NCBI GenBank assembly: GCA_035288185.1
Contig: DATEAV010000110.1
Location: forward strand, 1 to 39,209
Source of the DNA: Anaerolineales bacterium
GTDB lineage: Bacteria > Chloroflexota > Anaerolineae > Anaerolineales > E44-bin32
Reading direction: 5' to 3'
DNA: 39,209 bases
Shown here: piece by piece, positions 1-8,111 of the stretch
How the letters are laid out: the number at the start of each line of letters is the position of its first letter
Position numbering within the stretch: the first letter of the stretch is position 1
Program-made: the position numbers and the translations under genes
Notes under the pieces: model-generated
Database searches by the model: none
Told to the model about the DNA's origin: nothing
The model's input: only the letters and a program-made list of their open reading frames with translations

Positions 1-1
1 A

Positions 2-130
2 TCGACGGGAGAGAAGGCGGCCGTCGTGGCTCATCTGCGCCGGATGGCCTCCGAGGCCGGGTGGCAGGCTGCCCAACGAGAGGCTGCCCGCGCGGCGCTG
101 AAGGCCCTCCAGGAACATGGCGGGGTGTAG
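2..130 (+). CDS. 3' end of an unidentified CDS entering from the left edge (...AVVAHLRRMASEAGWQAAQREAARAALKALQEHGGV*)
   Basis: Open frame from the window edge with third codon positions mostly G/C. TAG stop at 128-130. No family recognised. Confidence 0.3.
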   Translation, partial: STGEKAAVVAHLRRMASEAGWQAAQREAARAALKALQEHGGV

Positions 131-181
131 GGGCGGCTCGCACCGGCAAGATCACCGATACCTTCGGCGAGCCACCCCTAC
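127..181 (+). repeat. GTAGGGG-headed hairpin element, copy 1
   Basis: GTAGGGGcGGCTCGC (127-141) pairs with GCGAGCCaCCCCTAC (167-181): 14 bp with one C/A mismatch around a 25-nt interior. Its TAG is the stop codon of the upstream ORF. A related copy lies at 15393-15440. Confidence 0.6.
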
Positions 182-299
182 ATCGGCCACCCCACAACGG
201 ATCCATGATCGTCACCCTACGCGGAGCACGGCAGGGAGGAAGGCGATAGGAGCGCGGGGAGGGGCGCAGACTGCGGGCCGGCTGTGCGCCCTCACAAAT

Positions 300-349
300 C
301 CGGCGGGCGGCTTGCCGTTGGCGGGAGCCAGCGGCGTGCCGCCCGCCGG
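300..349 (-). terminator. Hairpin downstream of etfA; candidate intrinsic terminator
   Basis: Perfect 12-bp stem CCGGCGGGCGGC (300-311) / GCCGCCCGCCGG (338-349), 22 nt past the etfA stop. On the minus strand it is followed by AUUUGUGAG, a weak U-tract. Confidence 0.45.
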
Positions 350-371
350 ACAACGGATGAAATTGGCGACC

Positions 372-1412
372 TTATCTCCCCAGCCGCTCCTTGAGCGCCT
401 TAGTGAGGGCTGGGACGACCTCGTGCATGTCGCCCACTACCCCGAAGCGGGCGATCTTGAAGATCGGAGCCTCGGCGTCTTTGTTGATGGCGACAATCGT
501 CTTGGCGGTGCGCATGCCCGCCTGGTGTTGGATCGCTCCCGAGATCCCGCAGGCGACGTAAACGTCCGGCGAGACCACCTTCCCCGTCTGGCCCACCTGG
601 TGGACATAGGGGATGTATCCGGCGTCGACTGCGGCGCGGCTTGCCCCCACCGCGGCTTTGAGCACTGCCGCCAGATCCCGGATCATGGAAAACCCCTGCT
701 GGGCTCGCCAGATCTCCTGCTGCTTCTCGTCGGCGATTTCCGACGGCGGTGTAAGCTTGGGGTTGTTGGCCACCCCGCGCCCGCCGGAGACAATCACCGC
801 CGCGTCGGTGAGGCTGACGCCTCCCCCGGAGGCCTTGTACTCGACAACTTCGGTCTTCGCCTCGGAGGCGCCTTCCAAGCGGGTGATCGTCCCGCTCTTG
901 CCGGCCGATAGCTCGGGCTTCGGGAAGGCGCGGCTGCGAAGCGTGAGAATGTGGGGGCGGGCCTTGAGGCAGACCTCCTTGGTGAGCAGCTTGCCCCCAT
1001 ACACCGGCCGCGTGGCCACGACCGCGCCGCCCTGGACCTCGAAGGCGATCACATCCGGGGTCACCCCGGTCTCCAGATCGACCGCCGTCATTCCGCCCAG
1101 CTCGCGCGTTCGGCCCGAGGTGGGCATGATGATCACTTCGGCCGACGATTGCCGGGCCGCCTGGGCAAGGAGAGAGGCGTAGGGCTCCGGGCGAAAGTCC
1201 TTGAGGCCCGGCGCGTCGGCCAGCAACACCTCGTCGGCCCCATGCTCAAAAGCCTCCTTGGCGAGGCCTTCCACCCCTTGGCCGAGGATGACGGCGCCCA
1301 CACCGCCGCCTATCGCCTCCGCCACATGTCGGGCGGCGCCCAGCGCCTCCCACGACGAAGCCGTCGCTGCCCCGTTGAAGTTGTCAATGTAGGCAATCAC
1401 TTTCTGGGCCAT
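372..1412 (-). CDS. etfA: Electron transfer flavoprotein, alpha subunit
   Basis: Sequence is typical of EtfA ([14 protein letters not shown]..., C-terminal FAD-binding region ...[16 protein letters not shown]...). Start taken at the ATG at 1412, which shares one base with the etfB TGA stop (TGATG). The 403-aa ORF-track version carries an Arg/Gly-rich 5' extension that I reject. Confidence 0.9.
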   Translation of the reverse strand: MAQKVIAYIDNFNGAATASSWEALGAARHVAEAIGGGVGAVILGQGVEGLAKEAFEHGADEVLLADAPGLKDFRPEPYASLLAQAARQSSAEVIIMPTSGRTRELGGMTAVDLETGVTPDVIAFEVQGGAVVATRPVYGGKLLTKEVCLKARPHILTLRSRAFPKPELSAGKSGTITRLEGASEAKTEVVEYKASGGGVSLTDAAVIVSGGRGVANNPKLTPPSEIADEKQQEIWRAQQGFSMIRDLAAVLKAAVGASRAAVDAGYIPYVHQVGQTGKVVSPDVYVACGISGAIQHQAGMRTAKTIVAINKDAEAPIFKIARFGVVGDMHEVVPALTKALKERLGR

Positions 1413-2194
1413 CAGATCACCTTCTCCTGGATCAAGCGATCGGCGAGCTTCGCGGCGATCTCGTCCACCGAGGCGCCCTGAATGATCTCGCACTGTATCT
1501 CCACCTTGGGAGGTGCGATGATCTCGGGCCAGCTGAGAACGGGAGCCGGCACCGAGTCGAGCCCGAGCGCCGCCGCCGTCCATACAGGGATCTCGGCCTT
1601 GGAGGCTTTGCGGATCCCCATGAAGGAGGGATAGCGGGGCTCGTTGATCTCTTTGACGACGCTCATGGCCGCCGGTAGAGGGCTCCGCACCACCTGGCGG
1701 CCCTCGTCGAGCATACGCTCGACGGTGATTGTCTTCGCCGCGGGATCGAGAGCCGCGACCGCCGCGACCAGGCTAAGCGAAGGCCATCCCAGCCGCCGGG
1801 CGACCTGCGCCCCCATCAGGGCGGTCTCGCTGTCGACGGCTTGCCGCCCGAAGAAGGCAAGGTCGATCGAGCCAATCTTCTGAATGGCGGCGGCAAGAGC
1901 CTTGGAGACAACGAGCGAGTCGCCGCCCTCGAATGCCGGGTCACTGACCAGGATCGCCTCGTCGCAGCCCATGGCCAGGGCGTGCTTGAGGGCTTCCCTC
2001 GCCTGCTCCGGCCCCAGGCTCAGCGCCGTCACCTTTCCCCCGTGGGCTTCCTTCGTCCGCAGCGCCTGCTCTACGGCGTACTCGTCCCACGGGTTGATGA
2101 CGAGTGGCGCGTCTCCCCAGGAGACCTTGCCGCTCTGGACGGTAAGCGTGGCGGCGGTGTCCGGCGTCTGTTTGACGCATACAACGATGTTCAA
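1412..2194 (-). CDS. etfB: Electron transfer flavoprotein, beta subunit
   Basis: MNIVVCVKQTPDT... is a typical EtfB N-terminus. TTG start at 2194, with AAGGAGG (2200-2206) 5 nt upstream. Confidence 0.9.
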   Translation of the reverse strand: MNIVVCVKQTPDTAATLTVQSGKVSWGDAPLVINPWDEYAVEQALRTKEAHGGKVTALSLGPEQAREALKHALAMGCDEAILVSDPAFEGGDSLVVSKALAAAIQKIGSIDLAFFGRQAVDSETALMGAQVARRLGWPSLSLVAAVAALDPAAKTITVERMLDEGRQVVRSPLPAAMSVVKEINEPRYPSFMGIRKASKAEIPVWTAAALGLDSVPAPVLSWPEIIAPPKVEIQCEIIQGASVDEIAAKLADRLIQEKVI

Positions 2195-2383
2195 GGCGTC
2201 CTCCTTGCTCCAGTAGGATGCCGGCGGCAGCGTCCAGCCGGAAGAGGGCTCTGGACGGGCGTGCCGGTCGTCTTCGCGTGTTTCGCCGCAGGTTCGGCGG
2301 TGTGTCCCTCTCCTGCGCCGCTCTTACGGCGGCTCAGCGTTAGGCGATTCGTTACCCAGGATGGGCCCGGGCAAGGACCATTC

Positions 2384-3598
2384 CTAGCTCTCCGACTGCC
2401 ACATCGCAGGGTCGTACGCGGGGAGTTCGCAGCGCAACGGCGCGTCCTGCCGCATCCCCAACGCGTATCCTGCCTGCATCAAGGTGTGGATCTCGCTCGT
2501 CCCTTCGTAGATCATCGCCCCCTTGGCGTTGCGAAGGTAGCGCTCGACAGCGTATTCATCGCTGTAGCCGTAGGCGCCGTGGATCTGAACCGCCTCGGCC
2601 GCGGCGCGGAATGAGGCGTCGGTGGCGAACCACTTGGCCAGCGAGGTCTCACGGGTGTTGCGCTGGCCTTGGTTCTTCATCCAGCCGGCACGCAGGTAGA
2701 GCAGCCGCGCCATCTCATAGTCCCGAACCATGATGCCGATTTTCTCCTGCATCAGCTGGAAGTGATCGATGGTACGGCCGAAGGCCTTGCGTTCCCCCGC
2801 GTAGCGGATGCTGGCCTCGAGGCTGGCCCGGAGCAGGCCCGTCGCACCAGCGGCCACGGTATACCGGCCGCTGTCCAGGCACGACATGGCAATTCGGAAG
2901 CCCTCTCCTTCCTCCCCCAGCCGATTTGCGACGGGAAGCCGGACGTCCTGGCAAGACACCCAGCCCGTGGAGCCTGCTCGTACCCCGAGCTTTCCTTCGA
3001 TATCTCCGGTCGTCACGCCTGGCCGATCGGTCTCGAGCAGGAAAGCGGTGATCCCGTCGTGAGGGTCTGGGGCGTTTGGATCGGTCTTGGCGAACCAGAG
3101 GACGTGGTGAGCCTTGGTGGCGAGAGAGATCCACATCTTCTCGCCGTTGATCACGTACTCTCCTCCGTCCAGCCGAGCGGTGGAGACGAGCCCGGCGACG
3201 TCGGAGCCGGCGCCGGGCTCGGTGAGGCCGAAGGCGGCGATGCGATCGCCACGGGCCTGGGGAGCGAGGAAGCGTTCCTTTTGATCCTCCGAGGCCCATT
3301 GGAAGAGACCCAGGCTGTTCAGCCCGACATGGACCGACATCACCACGCGCAGCGAGGTGTCGACGGCCTCGAGCTCTTCGCAGGCGACGCCCAGAGCGAT
3401 GTAGTCCATCCCCTGGCCGCCGTAGCGCACCGGGAGGCAAATGCCCAGAATTCCGAGCTCGCCCATTCGGGGGAGGAGATGAGGCGCCATCTGGTGCTTG
3501 CGATCCCATTCACGGATCGTCGGAGCGACCTCGCTCTGGGCGAAGTCCCGTACCATCCGGCGTACCATTTCGTGGTCGGGGCCGAGGGCAAAATCCAT
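2384..3598 (-). CDS. Acyl-CoA dehydrogenase (short-chain or glutaryl-CoA dehydrogenase-like)
   Basis: Full-length ACAD architecture ([11 protein letters not shown]..., ...IYEGTSEIH...). Lies directly upstream of etfBA on the same strand. Confidence 0.9.
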   Translation of the reverse strand: MDFALGPDHEMVRRMVRDFAQSEVAPTIREWDRKHQMAPHLLPRMGELGILGICLPVRYGGQGMDYIALGVACEELEAVDTSLRVVMSVHVGLNSLGLFQWASEDQKERFLAPQARGDRIAAFGLTEPGAGSDVAGLVSTARLDGGEYVINGEKMWISLATKAHHVLWFAKTDPNAPDPHDGITAFLLETDRPGVTTGDIEGKLGVRAGSTGWVSCQDVRLPVANRLGEEGEGFRIAMSCLDSGRYTVAAGATGLLRASLEASIRYAGERKAFGRTIDHFQLMQEKIGIMVRDYEMARLLYLRAGWMKNQGQRNTRETSLAKWFATDASFRAAAEAVQIHGAYGYSDEYAVERYLRNAKGAMIYEGTSEIHTLMQAGYALGMRQDAPLRCELPAYDPAMWQSES

Positions 3599-3630
3599 CG
3601 GTAGGCCTCTCCGGGGGAAACCCAGCGGAA

Positions 3631-3659
3631 ATTATAGTCGGGCGACGGAGGGCGGGCAA
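3631..3659 (-). promoter_or_regulatory. Sigma-70-type promoter for the acd-etfBA operon
   Basis: Minus strand reads TTGCCC (3659-3654), a 17-nt spacer, then TATAAT (3636-3631). GGAGAGG Shine-Dalgarno (SD) sequence and the ATG at 3598 follow about 30 nt downstream. Confidence 0.45.
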
Positions 3660-3820
3660 TTGAAGACCGTCATCCACTCCGCGCGACTCTTCGCCCGGCC
3701 GCCGGTCGGGAGGCGGCCGGCGTCCGCTCCGAGGATCACAACCGCGCCGGACGGCGCGTGACAGAGGGCTTCCAGGAATTGGAAGGAAGTCACTCGGCTC
3801 GCTCCCCAGATATGGTACGA

Positions 3821-3841
3821 TGCAAATGCAAATCATTCGCA
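3821..3841. promoter_or_regulatory. Fur-family-like operator (7-1-7 inverted repeat) upstream of the FTR1 permease gene
   Basis: TGCAAAT-c-ATTCGCA (3827-3841) is a 7-1-7 palindrome with one mismatched pair. It resembles the Fur core TGATAAT-n-ATTATCA. A direct TGCAAA repeat precedes it, and it abuts the -10-like TATGGT/TACGAT at 3811-3821. Confidence 0.4.
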
Positions 3842-3988
3842 GTTAGCCCCGCCTCCGGCAGGCTCCCTGCTCCGTGAATTTTCCCAGTCTCGCCGGAGCG
3901 CGGATCGGGGCAGGCGTCCGGCGAGGGTAGCTCGGCCGAATCACCGATCGACCGACGGCCCGCCCGCCAAGAGGAGAGCCAAGAGAGG

Positions 3989-4810
3989 ATGATCGCCGCC
4001 TACCTGCTCGCACTCCGGGAAGGAATGGAAGCCACCCTGATCGTGGGCGTGGCCCTGGGAGCGCTCCGCAAGGCTCGCCGGCCCGAGCTTGCCCGTCCGA
4101 TCTGGCTCGGCGTCGTGCTGGCGGCGGCGTTGAGCCTGGTCGTCGGCGGAGCGCTAGCCCTGGCCGGCGGCGAGCTCGAAGGGCCTGCGGAGATTGCCTT
4201 TGAGGGCATCACGATGCTCCTGGCGGCAGGCGTCCTCACTTGGATGGTGTTCTGGATGCAATCCCAGGGGCGGATGATCCAGGCCAACCTGGAGATCGGC
4301 GTGCAACGCGCGGCCGCCTCGGGTCAGCGCAAAGCGCTGTTCTGGCTTGCCTTCCTCGCCGTGCTCCGTGAGGGGATCGAGACCGCCCTATTCCTCACGG
4401 CCGCCGGCCTGGCCACGGGATTCTCTTCGACGGTCTATGGGGGCCTGCTGGGGATCGCCACGGCAATCGCCCTGGGCTGGGCCCTTTTCGCGGCGACCGT
4501 CCGCCTCGATGTGCGCCGGTTCTTCTCCGTCACCGGCGCTCTCATCCTGTTCTTCGCCGCGGGCCTTGTGGCTCACGGAGTACACGAGTTCAATGAGCTG
4601 GGATGGATCCCCGCGGTCGTCGAACACATCTGGGACACCAACCCGATCCTCGATGAGGGATCGCTCCCGGGGCAGCTGCTCAAGTCGCTGTTCGGCTACA
4701 ACGGCAACCCGTCACTGACGGAAGCGCTGGCCTATCTTACCTATCTGACGACCATCGCATATGCGCTTGCGCGTCGGCGCGCCCTGATCCCTGCGCAGCA
4801 GCAGGCCTGA
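3989..4810 (+). CDS. efeU: FTR1/EfeU-family high-affinity iron permease
   Basis: Two REGxE motifs (REGMEATL, REGIETAL) in a polytopic membrane protein. GAGGAGAG SD upstream. Confidence 0.85.
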   Translation: MIAAYLLALREGMEATLIVGVALGALRKARRPELARPIWLGVVLAAALSLVVGGALALAGGELEGPAEIAFEGITMLLAAGVLTWMVFWMQSQGRMIQANLEIGVQRAAASGQRKALFWLAFLAVLREGIETALFLTAAGLATGFSSTVYGGLLGIATAIALGWALFAATVRLDVRRFFSVTGALILFFAAGLVAHGVHEFNELGWIPAVVEHIWDTNPILDEGSLPGQLLKSLFGYNGNPSLTEALAYLTYLTTIAYALARRRALIPAQQQA

Positions 4811-4886
4811 CTCAGCCGGGCATCAGCCCCCCACCCCACAACATCCAGCCGGCTATAATCCCGCCTAACCGCAAGGAGGCGGGATT

Positions 4887-6308
4887 GTGCGCCAAGTCGT
4901 GAGCCCGCGCCTGGCGCCGGTGGTCGGAGCGGTCGTCGCCCTACTGCTGCTCTCGCCGACGGCGGTCCCCCACACGCTGGCAGGGCCAGTCCGGCAGGCC
5001 GAAGAAGCCTTCGCCCGAGGCAGGAGCGAAGCCGCTCTCGAGGCGCTGGAGGCCGCCCTGGCCTTCGAACCCGGATATGCAGCCCTCCACCCCCTCGCCG
5101 CCCAGGCCGCGCTCGAGGCCGCCCTCCCCGAGCGGGCCGTCGACCATCTCCGCGCCGCCGAGGCGATGCTCACGCCCGATCCGATACGGATATGTCAGCA
5201 GGGCCTGGCGCTGGCGATGCTTGGAGACCTGCAGGGCGCCGCGGATTCCTGGGAGACGGGTGCAGCGGCCTGCTACGACCAGCCCGACATCGTCCGCATG
5301 ATCGCTGAGCAGGCGCTTGCTTCAGGCGACCGGGAAACGGCGCTCGATTCGCTTGAGCGCCTCACCGTCCTGGAACCGGCGAATCCGACGACGCACTTGC
5401 ATCTCGGTCTGGCGCTCGCCACGCGCGATCCCGAGGCCGCCGTGGGCAGCCTACGCCTGGCTGATGGGTTGACGGACGGCGGAAGCGCGGCGGCGCGTGA
5501 GATGATGCGGGTGATCCAGCAGGCCTCCCGAGAAGACGATCCGGCGTTCACCCTGGCCTCGGTGGGCCAGTCGTTGGGTGAGATGGGTGAGTGGCGCCTC
5601 GCGGCCTGGGCATTCCGAGAGGCGATAACGCTATACCCTCCGTACGTCGAGGCGCGGGCGTACTATGGCCTGGCGCTCGATCAATCCGGCAGCGACGGGC
5701 TTGCCCAATTGCAGAGCGCCGCAGAGTTCTCGCCCCAGAACCCGCTGCCCCGCTTCTTCCTCGGCATCCACTGGCGCGCCAGAGGCGAGCCACAGGCCGC
5801 GGTGGTGGAACTGCTGGTGGCCGCGGAACTCGATCCGGCGAATCCTTCGATCGCGGCCGAGCTCGGCGGGGCCTACGAAGATCTGGGTGAGATGACTTCG
5901 GCCCTTGCCGCCTTCCAATATGCAACCGACCTGGCTCCACGTCAGGCGGGGTTTTGGCGCCTGCTGGCCGAGTTTTCGCTCCGCAATGGGATCCAGGTGA
6001 GGGAGATCGGGATTCCTGCGGCGAGAAATGCCTACTCCCTCGCACCCGCCGACCCCGTCGCCTGCGACAACCTGGCCTACGGCCACTACCTGGCCGGCGA
6101 ATTCGCGCTCGCTGAGCGACTGATCCACCGCGCCCTCGAGCTCGACGCCGCGCGCCCGGCGACGCAATATCACCTTGGACTTCTCCTGCTCGAGCTGCAC
6201 CAGGGCGCCGCGGCGCAGGCGGCGCTCGAAACCGCCGCCCAGCTCGACCCGGAAGGGGCAATCGGGGAATTGGCGGAGAGAACGTTGGAGGGGCTGAGTC
6301 ATCCATGA
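4887..6308 (+). CDS. Secreted or membrane-anchored tetratricopeptide-repeat (TPR) protein
   Basis: N-terminal hydrophobic signal or anchor, then repeated Ala/Leu-rich TPR-like helices. GTG start with AAGGAGG 7 nt upstream. Confidence 0.7.
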   Translation: MRQVVSPRLAPVVGAVVALLLLSPTAVPHTLAGPVRQAEEAFARGRSEAALEALEAALAFEPGYAALHPLAAQAALEAALPERAVDHLRAAEAMLTPDPIRICQQGLALAMLGDLQGAADSWETGAAACYDQPDIVRMIAEQALASGDRETALDSLERLTVLEPANPTTHLHLGLALATRDPEAAVGSLRLADGLTDGGSAAAREMMRVIQQASREDDPAFTLASVGQSLGEMGEWRLAAWAFREAITLYPPYVEARAYYGLALDQSGSDGLAQLQSAAEFSPQNPLPRFFLGIHWRARGEPQAAVVELLVAAELDPANPSIAAELGGAYEDLGEMTSALAAFQYATDLAPRQAGFWRLLAEFSLRNGIQVREIGIPAARNAYSLAPADPVACDNLAYGHYLAGEFALAERLIHRALELDAARPATQYHLGLLLLELHQGAAAQAALETAAQLDPEGAIGELAERTLEGLSHP

Positions 6309-6505
6309 GAGAAGAAAGCCTGGGCCTAAGGGGGAACAAGCAAGTTACGGAGTATACCGACGCCAAAGAGAAGTCGCAACGAGTCAGGGCCAGCCCAGGC
6401 GCGACAGGGCTCTCAACGTGTTGCCGCCCCTCGTGGTTGTTGGGTGGAGACCCTCCTTCGCCGATGTCAAAGCCTAGGAGGCGGCACGATGATGTCCATG
6501 TCTCG

Positions 6506-6534
6506 TTGACGCTTTGGTGGAATCAACGTATGCT
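6506..6534 (+). promoter_or_regulatory. Sigma-70-type promoter for the HExxH lipoprotein gene
   Basis: TTGACG (6506-6511), a 17-nt spacer, then TATGCT (6529-6534). The AGGGGG SD and the ATG at 6568 lie downstream. Confidence 0.45.
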
Positions 6535-6567
6535 TGTGTCGCGCAGATACGCACTAGGGGGTCGCGA

Positions 6568-7326
6568 ATGCACAGAGGTTCGTGGTTCTTCCAGGCTACA
6601 ACGGTTTGCCTCGGTCTGATCGTGGCAAGCCTCGGCGGATGCGATTTCACGCCGAGTGTCAGTCCGCTCATAGTTGAGACCGCCGCGCCCGTCCCATTCG
6701 CCCCAATCCAAACCGTTCCCGGCGGTGAGCCTCCGCAAGGAATAGCTCCGACCGCGGTGCCAATCCCAGGTGATCCTGCCTTCGACCCCGAGGACCCCCT
6801 TGACTGGATTGCAGCAATCGAGGCCCGCTGGGACAACTACGATGTGATCGTGTGCGACGAGGTTGAAGCACGCCCCGGATGTGCGCCCTGGACGGCCGAA
6901 GAGGCGGAGCTTCTTTATGAGACGCTCGGTGAGCACATCCTGTTGCCGTATCTTGATGGCGAATTGACGATGGTGCGAACGGACGACGATGAGCATTCGG
7001 GTCTGTTCCGCCCCGGCGTCGACGAGACGGGCGCCAGAACCGGGGAAGTCTGGATATACGATCCAGCGTGGCGGACCTCCCCCGCTGCCAGCTTGCTGGA
7101 CATGTTCGACTACTTCTTCCCACGCCCTGAATACTTCCAGGGGACCATCGCACACGAACTGACCCACGCCGCTGGCTGGCTCCATCCGGAACTTCTCGAG
7201 GCGTGGGTGGCGGCCGCAGCGACCCAGGGCGAGCACTTCCAGCCGGGCGATTGGCGGCTCGGCTGGCTTTGCAGCTGGGCGTCTATAGCGAGTACCGAGA
7301 CGACCCCGAACCATACGCAGAGCTGA
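6568..7326 (+). CDS. Lipoprotein with a HExxH zinc-metallopeptidase motif; C-terminus possibly frameshifted
   Basis: Signal peptide with lipobox (LIVASLGG-C), and HELTHAAGW. Start moved to the ATG at 6568 because the TTG at 6514 falls inside the predicted promoter. Protein-like sequence continues in another frame to 7400. Confidence 0.6.
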   Translation: MHRGSWFFQATTVCLGLIVASLGGCDFTPSVSPLIVETAAPVPFAPIQTVPGGEPPQGIAPTAVPIPGDPAFDPEDPLDWIAAIEARWDNYDVIVCDEVEARPGCAPWTAEEAELLYETLGEHILLPYLDGELTMVRTDDDEHSGLFRPGVDETGARTGEVWIYDPAWRTSPAASLLDMFDYFFPRPEYFQGTIAHELTHAAGWLHPELLEAWVAAAATQGEHFQPGDWRLGWLCSWASIASTETTPNHTQS

Positions 7327-7436
7327 TCCAGGGGGATATGTTCGCGATGGCGGTGGCTGCGCTCATGTACGACCCATGGCTAGGCCGTGGAGGGGATTGA
7401 GGGTGCCCGCCAGACGCCTAAGAGAGCGGAGGGCAA

Positions 7437-7619
7437 ATGACCTGGCTGATTCCCTTGCTGCTGGGGGCACTTGTTCTGCTTGGCATTGTGGGATGGCTCC
7501 ATTCGCGGCGGACTAGGCGCCTCGTGATATTCGCTCTTCTTGTCCTGCTCGTTCTGGCAGTACTCCTGGGGGCGTTCGCCCTCGCTCGGCGCTATTGGTT
7601 CCCCTTGCCGCCGTTCTGA
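7437..7619 (+). CDS. Small two-transmembrane-helix protein (60 aa)
   Basis: Two hydrophobic helices separated by the basic loop HSRRTRR. GGAGGG lies 3 nt upstream of the ATG. No family recognised. Confidence 0.4.
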   Translation: MTWLIPLLLGALVLLGIVGWLHSRRTRRLVIFALLVLLVLAVLLGAFALARRYWFPLPPF

Positions 7620-7773
7620 GCAGCCAGCCCCTGCGGCCATCGGCCCGGGGCATGACAGTCTCAACGATCGCGCAGAGAACGGTAGACCCGCGAGGGCCCG
7701 CATACAAGCACTGTGCGGCTACAAGTATCGGCGCAGGACTGAGCCCCTCCACTACCTCAAACAAGATCCTCAC

Positions 7774-8075
7774 CGCACCCACCTGCACCGCATCTGCAGT
7801 ACGCTGCAGGCCGTCTCGCTGCGGCGGGCCGCATCGTCCCGATGTCCTTCGGGAGGGCTTCGCGGCCCGAACGGGGGCAGGTGCCGGTCGGCCCCCGCAC
7901 CCACCTGCACCGCACCCACCTGCACCGCACTTGCGGTGCGTCGCAGGTGCAGGTGTGCGGTGCGTCGAAGGTGCGGTGTGCGGGATGTCGCATGCGCGGT
8001 GGGCGTGCACATCGTCCCGACCCAGCACCTGCGGTTCTGGGCAAGTCTATCCTTCGGGAGCGCCAGTGCAGGTGA
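7774..8075. repeat. Repeat-dense non-coding spacer: 9-mer array, tandem 15-mers and a long imperfect palindrome
   Basis: - CACCTGCAC at 7780, 7902 and 7917.
- Its complement GTGCAGGTG at 7947 and 8067.
- The 15-mer CGCACCCACCTGCAC at 7774, 7896 and 7911.
- Hairpin apex CACCGC-ACTT-GCGGTG at 7923-7938.
- CATCGTCCCGA and TCCTTCGGGAG each occur twice. Confidence 0.75.
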
Positions 8076-8102
8076 GCTGCCAATGCCCAACCCCGACGGA
8101 CG

Positions 8103-8111
8103 TGCTAGAAT
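8103..8111 (+). promoter_or_regulatory. Extended -10 promoter (TGcTAGAAT) for the lipoprotein gene at 8136
   Basis: TG at 8103-8104, one base, then TAGAAT at 8106-8111. The same 15-mer GTGCTAGAATGGCGA recurs at the nrdR promoter. Confidence 0.4.

Noticed and set aside
2195-2383. 189-nt gap between acd and etfB as a possible regulatory RNA
   Set aside because: It contains only a weak 5-bp hairpin (CGCCG/CGGCG) and the etfB SD. Nothing is distinctive enough to report.
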